Assembly (NCBI RefSeq): GCF_000002075.1
Contig: NW_004797290.1
Span: 2,145,398 to 2,209,397, forward strand
DNA: 64,000 bases
Source of the DNA: Aplysia californica
Lineage: Eukaryota
Direction: 5' to 3'
Positions within the stretch are counted from its first letter, which is position 1. Each line of letters starts with the position of its first letter. A program made the translations under genes and the position numbers. Below are positions 14,833-28,023 of the stretch, piece after piece. The notes below the pieces were generated by a model. That model worked only from the letters and a program-made list of their open reading frames with translations, was not told the origin of the DNA and searched no databases.

Positions 14833-15120
14833 AAATCATAAACAATAAAGTATATAAATCAATCCGTCATTCACCATCATTGTGATTGTCATGTCATAGA
14901 TCTCTATAATTTATAATATAATTACAGTTTATTATCAATATCATGTCCGTGATTATCAAGGTGTTTTAAACTAGATCTAGACGATAAGATATCGCGAAGA
15001 TTACTAGATCTAGATCTAAACGTATTAATTCACAGAACACGCTTACCCCTTCCAAGCTGTGGTCTACTTTCGATTTCAACGTTATTCAGGGTACTAACTA
15101 GTGTACAGCGGAGAAAGGAT

Positions 15121-15420
15121 TTGTCCAATAATAAAAGTGAAACCGGATGTGGGTGTAGACCCCCTTTAACTTCCGGTTTCAATCAATTTGTTTCTATGAC
15201 AAAATCTGAATGTCATTATTTTAGCTTTTTCGCTTTTACAGTAAATCGTTCACTGGATTCTGATCAGTATAAAAAATTTTTATGGGCTTTGAATATTATT
15301 GGTACTTGCATGGAACGGAGAGAAAAATGCTTCATTAGCAACGACATGCACAGTCTGTCCAATCAGCACTTGTTATTTTCACGAATGCTCCAATCAACTT
15401 GTCCCCGGTGCCTTTCGAAC
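15121..15420 (+). promoter_or_regulatory. Cyclin B G2/M-type promoter (CCAAT boxes, CHR-like TTCGAA, ETS-like sites), probably bidirectional
   Basis: CCAAT at about 15125, ATTGG 15298, CCAAT 15359 and 15390; TTCGAA 15414-15419; ACTTCCGGT about 15169. Confidence 0.6.
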
Positions 15421-15530
15421 AATCCCGCAGTTTCATGTTCAGGCAAATGCTCTCCGAATAGAAAAACGAGTCCTTGCTTGCATTGTTTTGATGGTGGCTA
15501 GCGGAATAGTTTCTGCTGAAATCCTTCGGT

Positions 15531-15551
15531 ATGGCAGGCCACCAGTTAATG
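15531..15551 (+). CDS. CCNB: Cyclin B, coding exon 1 (MAGHQLM)
   Basis: ATG at 15531 followed by ATG|GTAAGA donor. Phase 0 matches the exon 2 acceptor at 27041. Lies directly downstream of a CCAAT/CHR promoter. Confidence 0.7.
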
Positions 15552-15646
15552 GTAAGATTCTTTGGAGATATATTTTAGAGCGATGATGTGATCGGTTTGA
15601 AAGTTTACATATCAGCCTGGCATTCTCTTCTGCCTAAAAGATCCTG

Positions 15647-16135
15647 CTAGATCTAGATCTTGAGGCAGGGCCAAGCTGCTTCTTTTTTGGCTTTGGCCCT
15701 CCTCTTCTACTTCTAGCCAGTCTAGATTCTAGATTAGTCTGCTCCTTCGTTCTTGTGGTCTGCCTAGAATCCTAGAATCTAGACTAAATAATCTAGATCT
15801 AGAGTAGACACACAGTCTGTCTGCTAGATCTAGATCTAGAATATCTAGATGTAGATCTAGATCTAGATTTCTAGATCTAGAATCTAGAATCTAAAATCTA
15901 GATTTCTAAGAGTCTAAGGCGCTCTTTGGAAATTGCCTTCCCATTCCCTTGACAGCCCTTTTGAAACTGATAATTTGCATCTGGTAGGCCTAGAATCTAG
16001 ATCTAGATTCTTGATCTAGAAAATCTAGAATGTAGATCTATGTTAGTAGCCTAAACGTGAAGATTGTGTGGTTTTTTTCCCTGAACCCCCCACTACTAGA
16101 TTCTAGATCTAGATCTAGACTTCTAGATCTAGATT
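15647..16135. repeat. Degenerate (TAGATC)n array
   Basis: Direct inspection. Confidence 0.9.
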
Positions 16136-16225
16136 AATCCTGTAGGGCCTACTGACAGGGGGGCCCCTCCTCAAACCCCCAACATCAAGGGGGGGGGGGC
16201 CTGAAACCCCCTACTGTTATGGCTA

Positions 16226-19200
16226 GGGTAGAGGGTATATATATTTGACACCGTTTCCGGGAGGTCTGAGACTGCTGCTGTGTTCATTGGTCTGTGTAGT
16301 GTAGTCAGATAAAATCAAGGAAGGTGCCTATTTGCAACTCCGCGTTGCGATTTAGCGCCAGTGCTAAATAAAATGCAATGTCGCCGTGTGTAAAATATCA
16401 AGCTTAATCTGCAAATCGTTATCGGAAGTTCTGATGGTCGAAGTGACAGCGCGTCTTCGCTTAAAGTCAAACCATTTTTTTGTGTGGGTTCGATCCCACA
16501 CCTGGACTTTTTTTTTTTTTTCTTTTGTTTGTTTTTTTGTTGTTGTTCTCTTCTCGACTGACCAACAAATTGTTCCCATAATTAGAGTGGTGTCGCCGGT
16601 TCGCGTGCACTTTGCGATCGTTGAACCTATTTTCCGCCATTTCCGGCTTTGTACTTTCGTTTTTAGCTATTCCATTGAAGAAACTATTATTGACCTATAA
16701 AATGGTCTTGCTCATATATAGTCGCCAGATTTCTTAAATGTTGTGTGCCCAACAGTTTTTCCAACCTAGGGTGTTGTCTTCTCAGTGCGTGCATGGGATT
16801 CTTGGCTAGATTGTACTTTACCGGACCACCCGTCTCGGCCCGTGATTACTACGCACGCCTAGCCTAACTACGCACTCATAGTACTCTGCGTGCGGACAAA
16901 AGGTAGTTCCGCAGGCGACTTCGCGCACGCACAGCGAAGTCAGCGGCGACTGGCAAGGCGAGGTGAGCGAGAGGTGGTGGTGGTTGAGAGTGGGCAGGGG
17001 ATTTAACTTTGGTGGACCACCGTGTATCATACCAACAGTGGGGTGGGGGGGGGGTTCAGGGGGGCTTGCCCCCCCTGGAAACTATAATAAAGAAAACACA
17101 CAAAAATGCGAAACAATAACATGAGCGGACAGTCGTGTTTACATTATATCAATGGGGGGGGGGGGGTTCAGGGGGGCTAGCCCCCTGGCAACAATAATTT
17201 AAGGCCACCTCTATTCTCACCCGGGATGAGAATAGTGCAGGCGAGTCTTTTGGCTATTCTCACCCGGTGCGCGTTCACCGTTATAGCCTAGATCTAGATC
17301 TAGATCTAGGCCAACAAATTTTGCGTTCACCCTAAACCACAGAATTCTACACTGTGATAACAGAAAAATTGTAGAATTCTGTGCCGTGAACAAACGTTCC
17401 ATTACAACTGTAGCCTACTAAAACGTACAATTTTGTCTGTGGGCAGTGGAGAGAGAAAGAGGAGTAGCGCGAGAATTTCCGGGCAAAACAAAATGGCGAC
17501 TCGCGTAGTTCGGCTCGACTTGAAAAGTTAAATAGCCGTAGCATCTTTGTAGACAACCAAATTAATTTACTTTTGTGTTTTAACATCATTTTTTAACTTT
17601 GTTTTGGTCAATTTGATCGTCCACACCGATAGACAGTATTCAGAGAGAGAGAGAGAAGAGGGGAGGAGTTGATCTTGCGAGAACTTCCGGGCGGGTGAGA
17701 ATAGCCACTTTCCTCTGGTTTTGTCCCCAAGAGGAGCTCTGTAACAAAGTAGGCCTTAGTCTATACTTTTCCTTTTCGAAGTGACAATTCGGACTCGAGT
17801 CCGAATATGAAAAAATGATATTCGGACTCTGATTCTTGTCCAGCATGACATCACTTCCGACTTCCTGTGACTCGTGACTCAGGCTTCCTGTCCTGCCTCA
17901 CTCGTGACTCACCTCAGGCTTGTGGTAGAGACCGGGATCACTTCGGGCCAAATTGGCGTTAAATTGTGCCGGAGCCGAGTTTTTATCTTATGATGAATTT
18001 AAGGCCGGCCTGAAAAGTTAGAGTGCTTCTAATAAATGTTTATTTGGCAAGAGGTCATCAGAAGCAATTAAAGATTGCTCGTTAGCGTGTGTCGGGGTCG
18101 GATGGGCAGCCTGCACACGTGTGGCTGTGTGTGCGGGTCGAGGAGGGGGGGGGGGCGCTATCGGTCCGGGCGTAGAACGTCGCATAGGCGTCAGTCCCCC
18201 CCCCCCCCCCCCCCCCGATAATAAGCTAGTCTTGACGTAGATCTACGTAATGAATTGTGCGCTGGTCTATGGAATCAAAAGTTGCCGTAATAAATATATA
18301 TGCTCGGCTCTACACAGCAACACAATTTTTTCTTGGTAAACAATCGAGATGACACAGGCTTGTGTGTATTTGAACGAATCGGTCTTTTTTTTTTACACAG
18401 CTCATAATATGCAGGTGCCAGGAGATCTGCTAATCTTCAATTTTACCTTTTTCTACAACAAAGAAAGTGGGAAACAAGGGGGGGGGGGCATATCATCAAT
18501 GAGGCGGCGGGCATTGGATCGACAGACAAGGTGTGGGGGAAACTAAAAAATGGCGGAAAATTGGAAGCACTGAACGTTAGATCTATAGAACGAAGACACT
18601 TCCTTTTTTCCGGACCCGTGTCTGAATAACACTTTTTCTTATTCGAAGTCCGAATATGAAATTTTTTTATTCGGACTCGATGACGGCCTTTCCTTTTACC
18701 AATTTAGGCCTGGTTAAAGTTCAGTAGTGGCTTTCCTTGGAGAAGGACCGGGATTCAATGCCACGCTTGGAAGCACTGAACATTAGACTTAGAGAACGTA
18801 GACAGTAGACAGCTTGTACACGTTCTCTAGGCCTAACTTGAAGTTCAAGTTGCACCGTCTTGTTATTGTTATCCAAGCATCTTTCGACTTGTGCAAACTC
18901 TAACTCAGATGATTATGATTATGATAGATGAACAAGACGTCTACTTTTGTGCAAACAATGTCAGAAACAATTGTTAGATCTAATCTAGATAGATCTAGAT
19001 ATCTAGATTTTTCTAGATCTGGGTCTACCCAATGTTGATCGGAATAAGACAACGTCATAAAAAAAGGAGTCCAATCCAGTTTAAATTAAAAAAACTGAGA
19101 AAGCTTCCACAATTCAGGCAGTACTACAATATTATCATGTAGAAACGATGGCTACTACGTCTAGATATAGATCCATATATATATAGCCGCTGGCTTCTTC

Positions 19201-20451
19201 TCTAGGCCAGTGGTTTTTAACAGCTTTTCCAGGTCGTCAAAGTACCTGGACACGGTTAACGGATTGAGCATCGTGATCCGTCCCGACTCACTTCCCTCTG
19301 GGGTCCTGATGGAGAGCTCTGGATACCGTCCTTTCAATCCCCTCCAGTATTCATCTCCAGGGACGCCGTTCTTGAACAGTGTGCAAAGACCTGTTGATCT
19401 GACAAGATGCCCCACCTTGCTCTAGAGCATCATCTTTGTGCAGGGAAATCCTCTCTCTGCTGCACTCAACGTCTTTTTAACAATTTCTTCCTCTATGGCT
19501 TTAGGGATAGCTGAGGGTTTCCCTGCCTTCTTCCCCAGCTCCTTCCTTCCTGGGGCATGGTCAATCAAGGTTGTCCTTGGGATGTTGAAGGTTTTGCTAG
19601 CTTTCTTTTTAATATTATATGCCATTTTTTATGGCGTCCAGAGCCTTCTTCAGATCTTCATCTTCATACTTTTGTTTGTATATTATATACATATATGTGT
19701 GTTTAGATTTTCGTGCTATCTGGGAATGATATTTTAAGGTAGGCTGGGTTAGGTAGAGCATAATTACAACCAAAATAGTGCTGCTGCCACTGCTTACTAC
19801 CCCCAATACTACTACAGCAGTTGGTGGTGCTGCTGCTGCTACCACTACCATTGCTGCTGTTGCTAATACTAAGTATTACAACTAGGCTGAACCTAGGCAT
19901 ACTGCCGATACTAGGCTAGGTCTAGGCCTAATAGGCTACGCTAGGGTAGGCCTAGCCTACGTAAGTGTCAGAATAACCCACAGAGGGTGTCGACATTACC
20001 ACCAGGGGTGTCGAAATAGCAAAATGGTGGTGTCGTAATTCGGAGTGGCACTTTTTGATGTGGGGAAATTCAACACCTTTTGAGCACATATTTAACCAGT
20101 TTAAAGGAATACAGCAATTTCAATCACCTAATATTCATTTAGTACATTCATTTATCACATACAGCCTTTTAGACAAGAAATAGAACTTGTTTACTCACCT
20201 TGTGATATTGCTGCTTTAGAAACACGGAGCTTGAAAACGTTCAAAATTGGACGCGCGAAAGAGCGATGTCACTTCCTGTGGGTTTATGGGGAAAATATTA
20301 CAGCTATATTTAGAAATGACACACATCGTTAAAAAAAGATAGTTCGGCTGCCAGTTAAAAATAAACCCGCGCTCATAAGTTGTATTTCCGCACCGTTCGT
20401 TGTTTTTGGAGTGCACCTCACGAGGGGTGTCGGAATATGCACCCTCTACCC
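16226..20451 (-). mobile_element. Decayed pogo/Tigger-like DNA transposon with TIRs and TA target duplication, carrying nested insertions
   Basis: TA|GGGTAGAGGGT...GACACC at 16226 and its inverse GGTGTC...ACCCTCTACCC|TA at 20451; internal psq/CENP-B HTH transposase remnant. Confidence 0.7.
19180..19680 (-). pseudogene. Transposase N-terminus (psq HTH + CENP-B-type HTH), frameshifted, no DDE domain
   Basis: YEDEDLKKALDAIKNG / KASKTFNIPRTTLIDH / FKNGVPGDEYWRGLKGRYPELSIRTPE spread over different frames with a stop. Confidence 0.85.
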
Positions 20452-21692
20452 TAGTGCGCCTTAACTCTTGTCCTGGGTCTGTGCTGAGATGCGAATCTTG
20501 TCAACAACCGATTACGACAAATTACATCAGACGGTACGGGCAGACAGTGTGTACTGTTGGTGTACAGCGTGCCAGGAAACGTGTGTTTTCGCCATGAATA
20601 CTGTGGGAGTGTGTTAATCGATGATGAAAATAACGCTCTATCTTTCATAGCTTTCTATGTATAAAGTGTTAACAAACACATGAATAACCCCCCTCTCAGA
20701 AGCTGTATAAGACATTACGAGTAGTTACGCCCATTCGAATAACGTAAATCTTGTTTCCGGACTAGATCTACCTTTTCGAGCTCCTCATGTCTAAGTGGAT
20801 CAATTTCTTCTATAATTATAATATCATTGGACAAACATCTAGTGCTACCAACTTGCTTGGCGTGTTTTGAATGAGACGTATGCCTCGATTACGCAGGCGG
20901 TTCTAGAAGAAGGCCACAAACTCAAGCAGACTGACGCACACACACTTGGCCTGTTGGGGATCCGACACTGATCAATCTGCGCGTTGATCAAGTAAAGTGA
21001 GTTGCGATCGTAGATAGAAAATTACTGTCAGAAAGAAACTTTTTTTTGCAAATTTGTCTAGATCTAGAGAAATTATCAATGCGAAGATTCTACGGCAGGG
21101 GAACGCGATAAGGGCCGCGATGAAAGAAACATGCTGATATGAGGTGCCCACTACGGATGGGATCGGCCGATCGCCCAACTCAGTCGCCTCAAAAACAAAC
21201 GTGTTTGTTTTGTTTCAGGCGATCGGCCCGATCCAGCCGTAGGTAAAATCAAGAATAATTCAAAGTGGTGTTCCAAGGTTGTGACGGGCGACATTCAGAC
21301 GTGAAAATTAAGGGAAAATTAGGGGCAACTGTATTGTGAAGGTACATGATATCTATTCATTATTCCCAGGTTTGCCTGCTATCAATGGTGCAATGACAAA
21401 GTAATTGAATGAAAATGAAAGGGGAACCTGCTTTTTAACATTGCCAGCAATGGAAAGATATATTGGTGAAGAAACCAAACAAGACAAAATATTGGTGAAA
21501 AAAATAAATGTTATGGGTTGTAGGCAATCTTCTTCAAACAGGCTCCCAAATGCCATTTTTAACCCTCTAAAAGCACTACATTTCAATTTCTTCACCGGGA
21601 TGCTGTCCCTGGACCCTGATGGGGGCCTGTGCGGACCCCAGACCCCCGGCAGAATTTTCCGTACTTTTCAGCTTCAGCTGGTGGAAGCACTG

Positions 21693-22474
21693 CTCTTGGC
21701 TCAGGGTAGACTTAAGTTCTTCTAGCTCTATGGCCTAGCGTGGGTTTAGATCTAGACCCCCCCCATGTGTAGCTATTCTCACCCAGGGTGAGAATAACCC
21801 ATGCCTCGCTATTCTCCCCCCCTGGTGAGAATAGCTCCCACCCCGGTGTGGGCATGAGGCGAGGACTCCCCCCTGACCTCTCGCAGACCAATAAACTCAC
21901 CAAGGCCCTTGGTGGCTTACCACATGTGGTTGGGAACGATTAATAATAATGTAAAAACATTTTTCGCCTCTCCAGTAAAATAAAAGGCTCTCTACCGACA
22001 CTGAGCAGGGTGTGGGAGGCCGGACCATTCGACTTCGTTGTTTACACACTTAACGCCGGCTGGCCTCTCTGCACACAATACATTATGGTTCAAGGAACAG
22101 AGAGCGTGTACGAATGTAACGAGACACGAGCACGAGACCATGCTCTTGCACGACGGTTGAAGGGTTATGTAAATTGTTCGGACCAAATGGACGAGGGCGT
22201 TAAATCGTGTTAACTAATTTAATAATTTTAAGCAATCCAGGCTCTTTTCTTTACTTTAATTTTTTTATTTCTTACCTCTTCTGTCCCCTTCTTCAACATT
22301 TGGAGTTTGGAACCAAAGAAGAGCCAGAGGGTCAAATGAAATTCTCTGGGCCAGACACGATCCAAAAGAGGCGAATTTCTGGGATTTGGCTCCAATTTGA
22401 CAGCCCTGACTGTGACTAAATCTGTGTATGTCTATTCAGACACCAACACGATCCTGTGGAGCTTTAGCCCCGGT
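21693..22474 (+). repeat. Dispersed repeat, inverted copy at 52526-53568
   Basis: Colinear reverse-complement match including the ATTCTCACC.GGG.TGAGAATA palindromes. Confidence 0.9.
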
Positions 22475-23399
22475 AACCTCAGCCCTGATCCCACTTTGGT
22501 AATTTCTGGTAAAACAAGGGAGGGGGTTCAGAGAATAGCAAGACATAGGATTCTCACCACTTCCTTCGAGACTAGCCAAGATCGAGATCTATCTAGATCT
22601 CGATCTAAATGAAGTTTGCGGATGTCTTTTCAATGAACGATCATTTTTCCTCTGTTTTGGAGTTGGAGGAATCGCAATTTGAAGAAAAGAACAAGGTCAT
22701 AATTTCAATCGAGCAGTCACCCTCTCTAGATTCTATTTCTCTGCCTCTCTCTCTAGAGCTGTCTCCTCTGTGTATCGCTCGCCTTCTCTTTTTCTTTGTT
22801 TGTTTCTGTCTTTCTTTCTCCCCACCTATTTCCCACTCTATCTTTCTCTCGTTCCCTCCTGCAAACTGGNNNNNNNNNNNNNNNNNNNNNNNNNNNNNNN
22901 NNNNNNNNNNNNNNNNNNNNNNNNNNNNNNNNNNNNNNNNNNNNNNNNNNNNNNNNNNNNNNNNNNNNNNNNNNNNNNNNNNNNNNNNNNNNNNNNNNNN
23001 NNNNNNNNNNNNNNNNNNNNNNNNNNNNNNNNNNNNNNNNNNNNNNNNNNNNNNNNNNNCAGTAAACTGACTCAAACAATGTAGTGCATTTCTCTCCCAC
23101 TTTCTCTTTCTTTCTCACTCTCTTTCCTACATGCTTAATACTTTCAATATCCACCTGTGACATGGACAGTAAATTTATATTTTTTACACAGGTGAAATTA
23201 AATAGTACCATGCTAGGCACATTTCACACTGTATCCGTCTATTTCTCTCTCCTCCCCCCCCCCGACTCATTACTACACACCGGACACACTCCCACCATGT
23301 GCCATGGACATTTCAATTTCATTTCCTAGACTGTCATCTGACAAATGTCATCTCTAAGTCGTCATACAAAATCAGTTCAATGTCTTCATCATCGGATGT

Positions 23400-25170
23400 T
23401 TCAGAGTTATACTTCTGGCTCTTTCTTTTTTTCTGCTTGCAAAATAGCCCTTAAAACTGTTTGTTCTCGCGCTTCTTCTTCTCTGCCATCTCTTTCTTTT
23501 CTTTTTCTGCTCCTTCTGTTTGTCTCTCTAGTTGTTGCTTCTTTTTTTCTTCTTCTCATTGCTTTTTCTTTTCTTCATTTTGCCTCTTCTTTTCCTCATT
23601 CTGTTGTTTACTTTCTTCAGCCTCTTTCTTCTTTCTCTCCAATTCCACTTTCCGCTCTGCCTTCTTCCTTGTTTCATCAGCCTTTACTGTTCCTTTTCTT
23701 TCAGTAATTTGATCATTTCCTCCCCACTCATGAATTGGGGTATTTTTAGCACTTTTCTTTTCCTCTCTGACCTCTTTCTGGTCTTTGGAATCGGGGCTCT
23801 GAGGGGGTCTTGTGGGGGTTGTAAAACTGGTTCAGCTGGCCTGGGGGGGTGGTTAGTTCAGTAGGCAGTAAACCTTCCACAGGTCGAATAGAGGATCACC
23901 TGGGCTGCCATCCTCAAGCCTTTTGAAGTATCCCTGAAGGGTCGTGGCATCTACCTGATTACATATCATGGCGAATTTTTGAAGGGTGTTTCCAAGGGCA
24001 GATGTAGGGGATTCTGATGAAGCTGAGGCTGGGGCTGCTGAGGGGACACACGCTGAGGCTGCTGGGGTGACACAAGCTGAGACTGAGGCTGCTGGGATGA
24101 CACATGCTGAGGCTGCTGGGATGACACATTCTGAGGCTGCTGGAATGACACACGCTGAGACTGCTGGGATGACACACGCTGAGGCTGCTGGTGAAGCAGC
24201 GGTGAGGGGTGGTGGTGATGGTGTGTAACCGGCAGGGGTTGCAGGTAGAGGGGATCTCACCACTAGCTTTCCTAAGTCCACGCTGTGGAAGTCCAGTGGG
24301 GCAGAGGGGCTTTTCCATTGTCTTCATGTATGCTTTCTCAAAGACGGCAGCGAAGTTTCTTTTTGTCACCACTTCTCCTTTAAAATTTTGCAGTCTTCAA
24401 TTCCACCTTCATTGTCTTGAAGACGCCGACATCAAGTGGTTGCATGATGTGGCTTCCGTGTGCGAGAAGACAATACAAGACTATACCGTTCTCCTGGAAG
24501 GGCTGAGAGGCCCTAAGTGACTGGTGGCTCACATGGCCATCCAGAAGCAGCAACACAGGCTTCTTCAAAGCTGCTGTATCCGGAATGAACACATTCTCCT
24601 ACCAATCACCAAAGACCTTGATTTATCCATCTGTTGGATGAGCGGGCGACAAAGAACTGCTGGAAGATGTCTTGGGGACGGAAATCACGGAACTGTGTGC
24701 CGGGGAAGATGAGCATTGGCTTAGTGTAGTGGCCCACGACGTTTGCACACACCGAGGCAGTGATCGTTGTGTGGGTCACACTGCCAACTTCGTATATGTA
24801 CTTGTTATTCATGTCCCTGAGGACTCTCCCAGAAGTCACATCCACAGCGAAGCCCGACTCATCTACGTTAAAAATCCTGCCCGCTTCCAGTAGGATGGTG
24901 GGGTCAATGGATATGATTGTGTCACTGAAGCGAGCGAACCACCCCTCAACAGGTTCAGCTGTTAGGCTCGCCCGCAGAAAGCCAAGCTTCTGTGGCTTCT
25001 TAAATGTGATGGTTGGGTGCCGCTGGCGGAACAACCGAAACCACTTATCACTTGGCTTGTTGTCTGGCCAAGGTGTTTCCCTGCCTCGAACGTCGAGGAA
25101 CCCTTTCACAGTTAGAAGCAGCTCCTCCTTGGTGTGGCCGAACCAGCGTTGGCCATTCGGAAGCACGACC
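23400..25170 (-). pseudogene. pogo/Tigger-family DDE_1 transposase pseudogene
   Basis: KWFRLFRQRHP, IFNVDESGF, LLLLDGHVSH and HIMQPLDVGVFK motifs split by frameshifts; K/E-rich C-terminal tail. Confidence 0.9.
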
Positions 25171-25583
25171 TGTCAGGTGCTAGACAAAGAAAAGTTATGA
25201 TTACATTTCTTTAAAATCTGGAGAGATCTGTACAGGAAAAGGTAAATTTATGGAACGAGAATTGCTGAGATTGTAATATAAAAGATAGAATAAATTAATA
25301 CCAAAAATTTTTAAAATAAAATATGAGATCTTCTAGATCTAGTCAACTGTTACTGGCAAGGGAAACCCTAGAGTATTGGGGGAAACCCCTGAGGACAACA
25401 AAAATAGATGGCGGAAATACATCGTCAATATTTGGGCCAATCACAGAGGTATGCTAGGTGCTCGCTACAGCTTCATGTGTTTAGCCCCCCCCAATACTAC
25501 AGTGCATCTGCGTGCGGGTCTGGAAGTAAATATTTGACAAAGCAGGCCAGCTCTATTCAGACTCCAGTTCGATTAGACTTCAG

Positions 25584-26466
25584 AAAACCCAGCACACAAC
25601 TGCATTTTCAAAACAAACCCAGACACCATAAACAAAAATTTCAAAACATCGAAAAACTCATCAAACCCTTGGGTCTCAGAGTCCTTGGGGACCTCAAAAA
25701 CAAAAAATACACGCCTTGACTGAAACCGGGAAAAGTATCGTGTTCGCATGGCTACCTCTAGCCATGTGGGCATCCGAGGAAACGAGCAGGTAGATCGCCT
25801 GGCGAAGGAATCCCTCTGTTGGGATCAACAACGAACACTCTCCCACAGACTGACTTTAAAAATAAAATGTAAAAAACTACACCTCCAGTCTGTGGGAGAC
25901 TCATTGGAAAAAACAAACAATAAACTTTACAACATTAAGCCCAAACTGGGACCACGAAATCTTTCGGGCCTCTCCAGAAGAGACGAAGTCATTTTTACTC
26001 GATTACGCATCGGACACACAGCCCTAACACATAAATATCTCCATTAGGGAGATTAGAAGCCGTTCTGTGTCGGATGCCACACAGATTTTACCATTAGACA
26101 CATTTTAACCGAATGTCTATACTTCGGAGAGATCCGAAGGAAATATTTTAGATGCAAAAAATTGCTAGATGTATTCGGTCGTTGATCCCAACAGAATTCT
26201 GGATTCTGGATTTTATGAAGTCCGTTGGCCTTTATGGGAAGTTGTGAATAAAATGCTATTAAAAAATGTTTATATGTTATTTAAACGATATTTCTAAACA
26301 AAGAACTTATTTACCTCTAATATTTTTAACAATTTTTAAATCTGGTTGTTGAGCTGAGCCTAGTCGTGCAGTGAATTGTTGTGAATGCAACAAACTTGTG
26401 TTTCACGCTCTCATATGTCCTTTTATGCAGTTGCGAGCTCCGGAAAACTCATACAAAAACTAAAAA
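25584..26466 (+). mobile_element. 5'-truncated I-group (RNase H-bearing) non-LTR retrotransposon
   Basis: SHVGIRGNEQVDRLAK RNase H motif, RRDEVIFTRLRIGH, CxxC..H....C knuckle, A-rich tail; TSD AGACTTCAG at 25575 and 26467. Confidence 0.88.
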
Positions 26467-27040
26467 AGACTTCAGTACTGGTACCGATACCAGGAATTTA
26501 ATGATGTAACGCCAAGAAGCTCTGATTGTCTAGTGTAGTGTCTGGCCTTTTGTATCTCTCTTTCATCAGTTCATGGCAGGTTTTATGGGCTGTTTGATGG
26601 TAGAGTATAGTGACAGCAGCTATCATCAATGTTGGACAGGACATATAGAAAAAACTTTTGGGAACATGTGACTGTTTGTACAGGATGATTGTATCATGTA
26701 CACAGTGTAGGTGGCTTCTGCATAAGGTTCAACTGTATCTTGGTTTAAGTAATGAAAAGTACTATTTTCTGGTCTCAAAAGAAAATATTATTCTAGTTCT
26801 TGTAAAGTAGAATTTGATATTTGAAAAGTCAAATCATGTTGTTGACATTAATTCTGACTCTGAGAACAGTTTTAATATAATAAAAATTGATATTATAGCA
26901 AGTTTGACATTAAATTAACTGCACTGAGTTCTTTGTAATTTAATCCATAATTGTTCCAAGACTGTTTTAGTTTACTATTATAAAATAGTTTAGTCTATGT
27001 GCTTAATTTTTATTATTATGTTTTTTACTTTTGTTTACAG

Positions 27041-27373
27041 GACACGAATTTCAACGCCATGCCATCAGAAATGGATTATAATCAAGAATTAAACTTCAGA
27101 AAAGCAAAAATGACAACGGAACAGGGTCTATCGAGGTTGACACTGGGTGAAATTGGGAATAGGGTGTCCGCAATCACAATCGACACATCAAAAGGAGGTG
27201 CAATAAAGAAGGAAATTCTGCAACCAACAGACAGCATTCTCACACGTGCAAGGAGTGCCAAACTTCGTGTCTCATCGTCTGTCTCTTCAACTGCATCGTC
27301 AAAAGAAGTGCCACCCAGCAAGCATGAATTTGGTGGACCAGCATTTATGAAACAGAAGACATTTGCTGGTGAT
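27041..27373 (+). CDS. CCNB: Cyclin B exon 2, contains destruction box RLTLGEIGN
   Basis: ttgtttacag acceptor, GAT|gtgagt donor, 111 codons, RxxLxxIxN D-box. Confidence 0.9.
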
Positions 27374-28023
27374 GTGAGTAATAAAAAATTTTCCTCGATT
27401 ATTTCCTTTGCGAGTCAAAATATGTTTATTTTCCACTTTTACCTGAGATTTTTGTACTCGCAGGATGCCTTTTCTGTACTGTCAGTCTATGTAAAAGTAG
27501 GTCTATTGTTCCTTTGCAAAAGAAGTTTCAATTGAATTGGTATTAGAGTTTAAAATTCTTTTTAACATTTAAATGTAAGGTCCTTAAGCATTGTCAGTCA
27601 AATTGTCACACTTATAAGTTCACTCTATTGTACAGGAAAAACCTTTCTTAGCTGTCCAAGATCAGTAAAACAAATAAATAGGCCCTGTCTTTTCCCTGGT
27701 TTGCATCATCATATTTTGAAAGAAAGCTTTTTCGGGGCCTTTTCTTTGAACCATTACTGACGACAGGGATTATTCATGCCTGCAAATTTTATGTGAATGG
27801 ACATCTGTGCAAATTAGTTACTACCTATCAGCATTAATTGCAGATTGGAGTTCCAACATTTTGGTCTTCTTACATTTAACATTTGCTTCGTCCTCATCAT
27901 TTCTTATTGTGTAAGGCTATTTTCTTATATGTTGTAAGGTTATCGGGGATGACACTCATAGATCCTTCTCCTCCATGCTGTTTCTATCTTTCCTGATTTT
28001 TCGCTTTCTGTAAATTATCAGTC

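Noticed and set aside
23345-23864. Hydrophobic + strand ORFs resembling membrane proteins
   Set aside because: Antisense shadow of the K/E-rich transposase tail.
23400-25170. Domesticated pogo/CENP-B-like gene
   Set aside because: Multiple frameshifts break the DDE domain.
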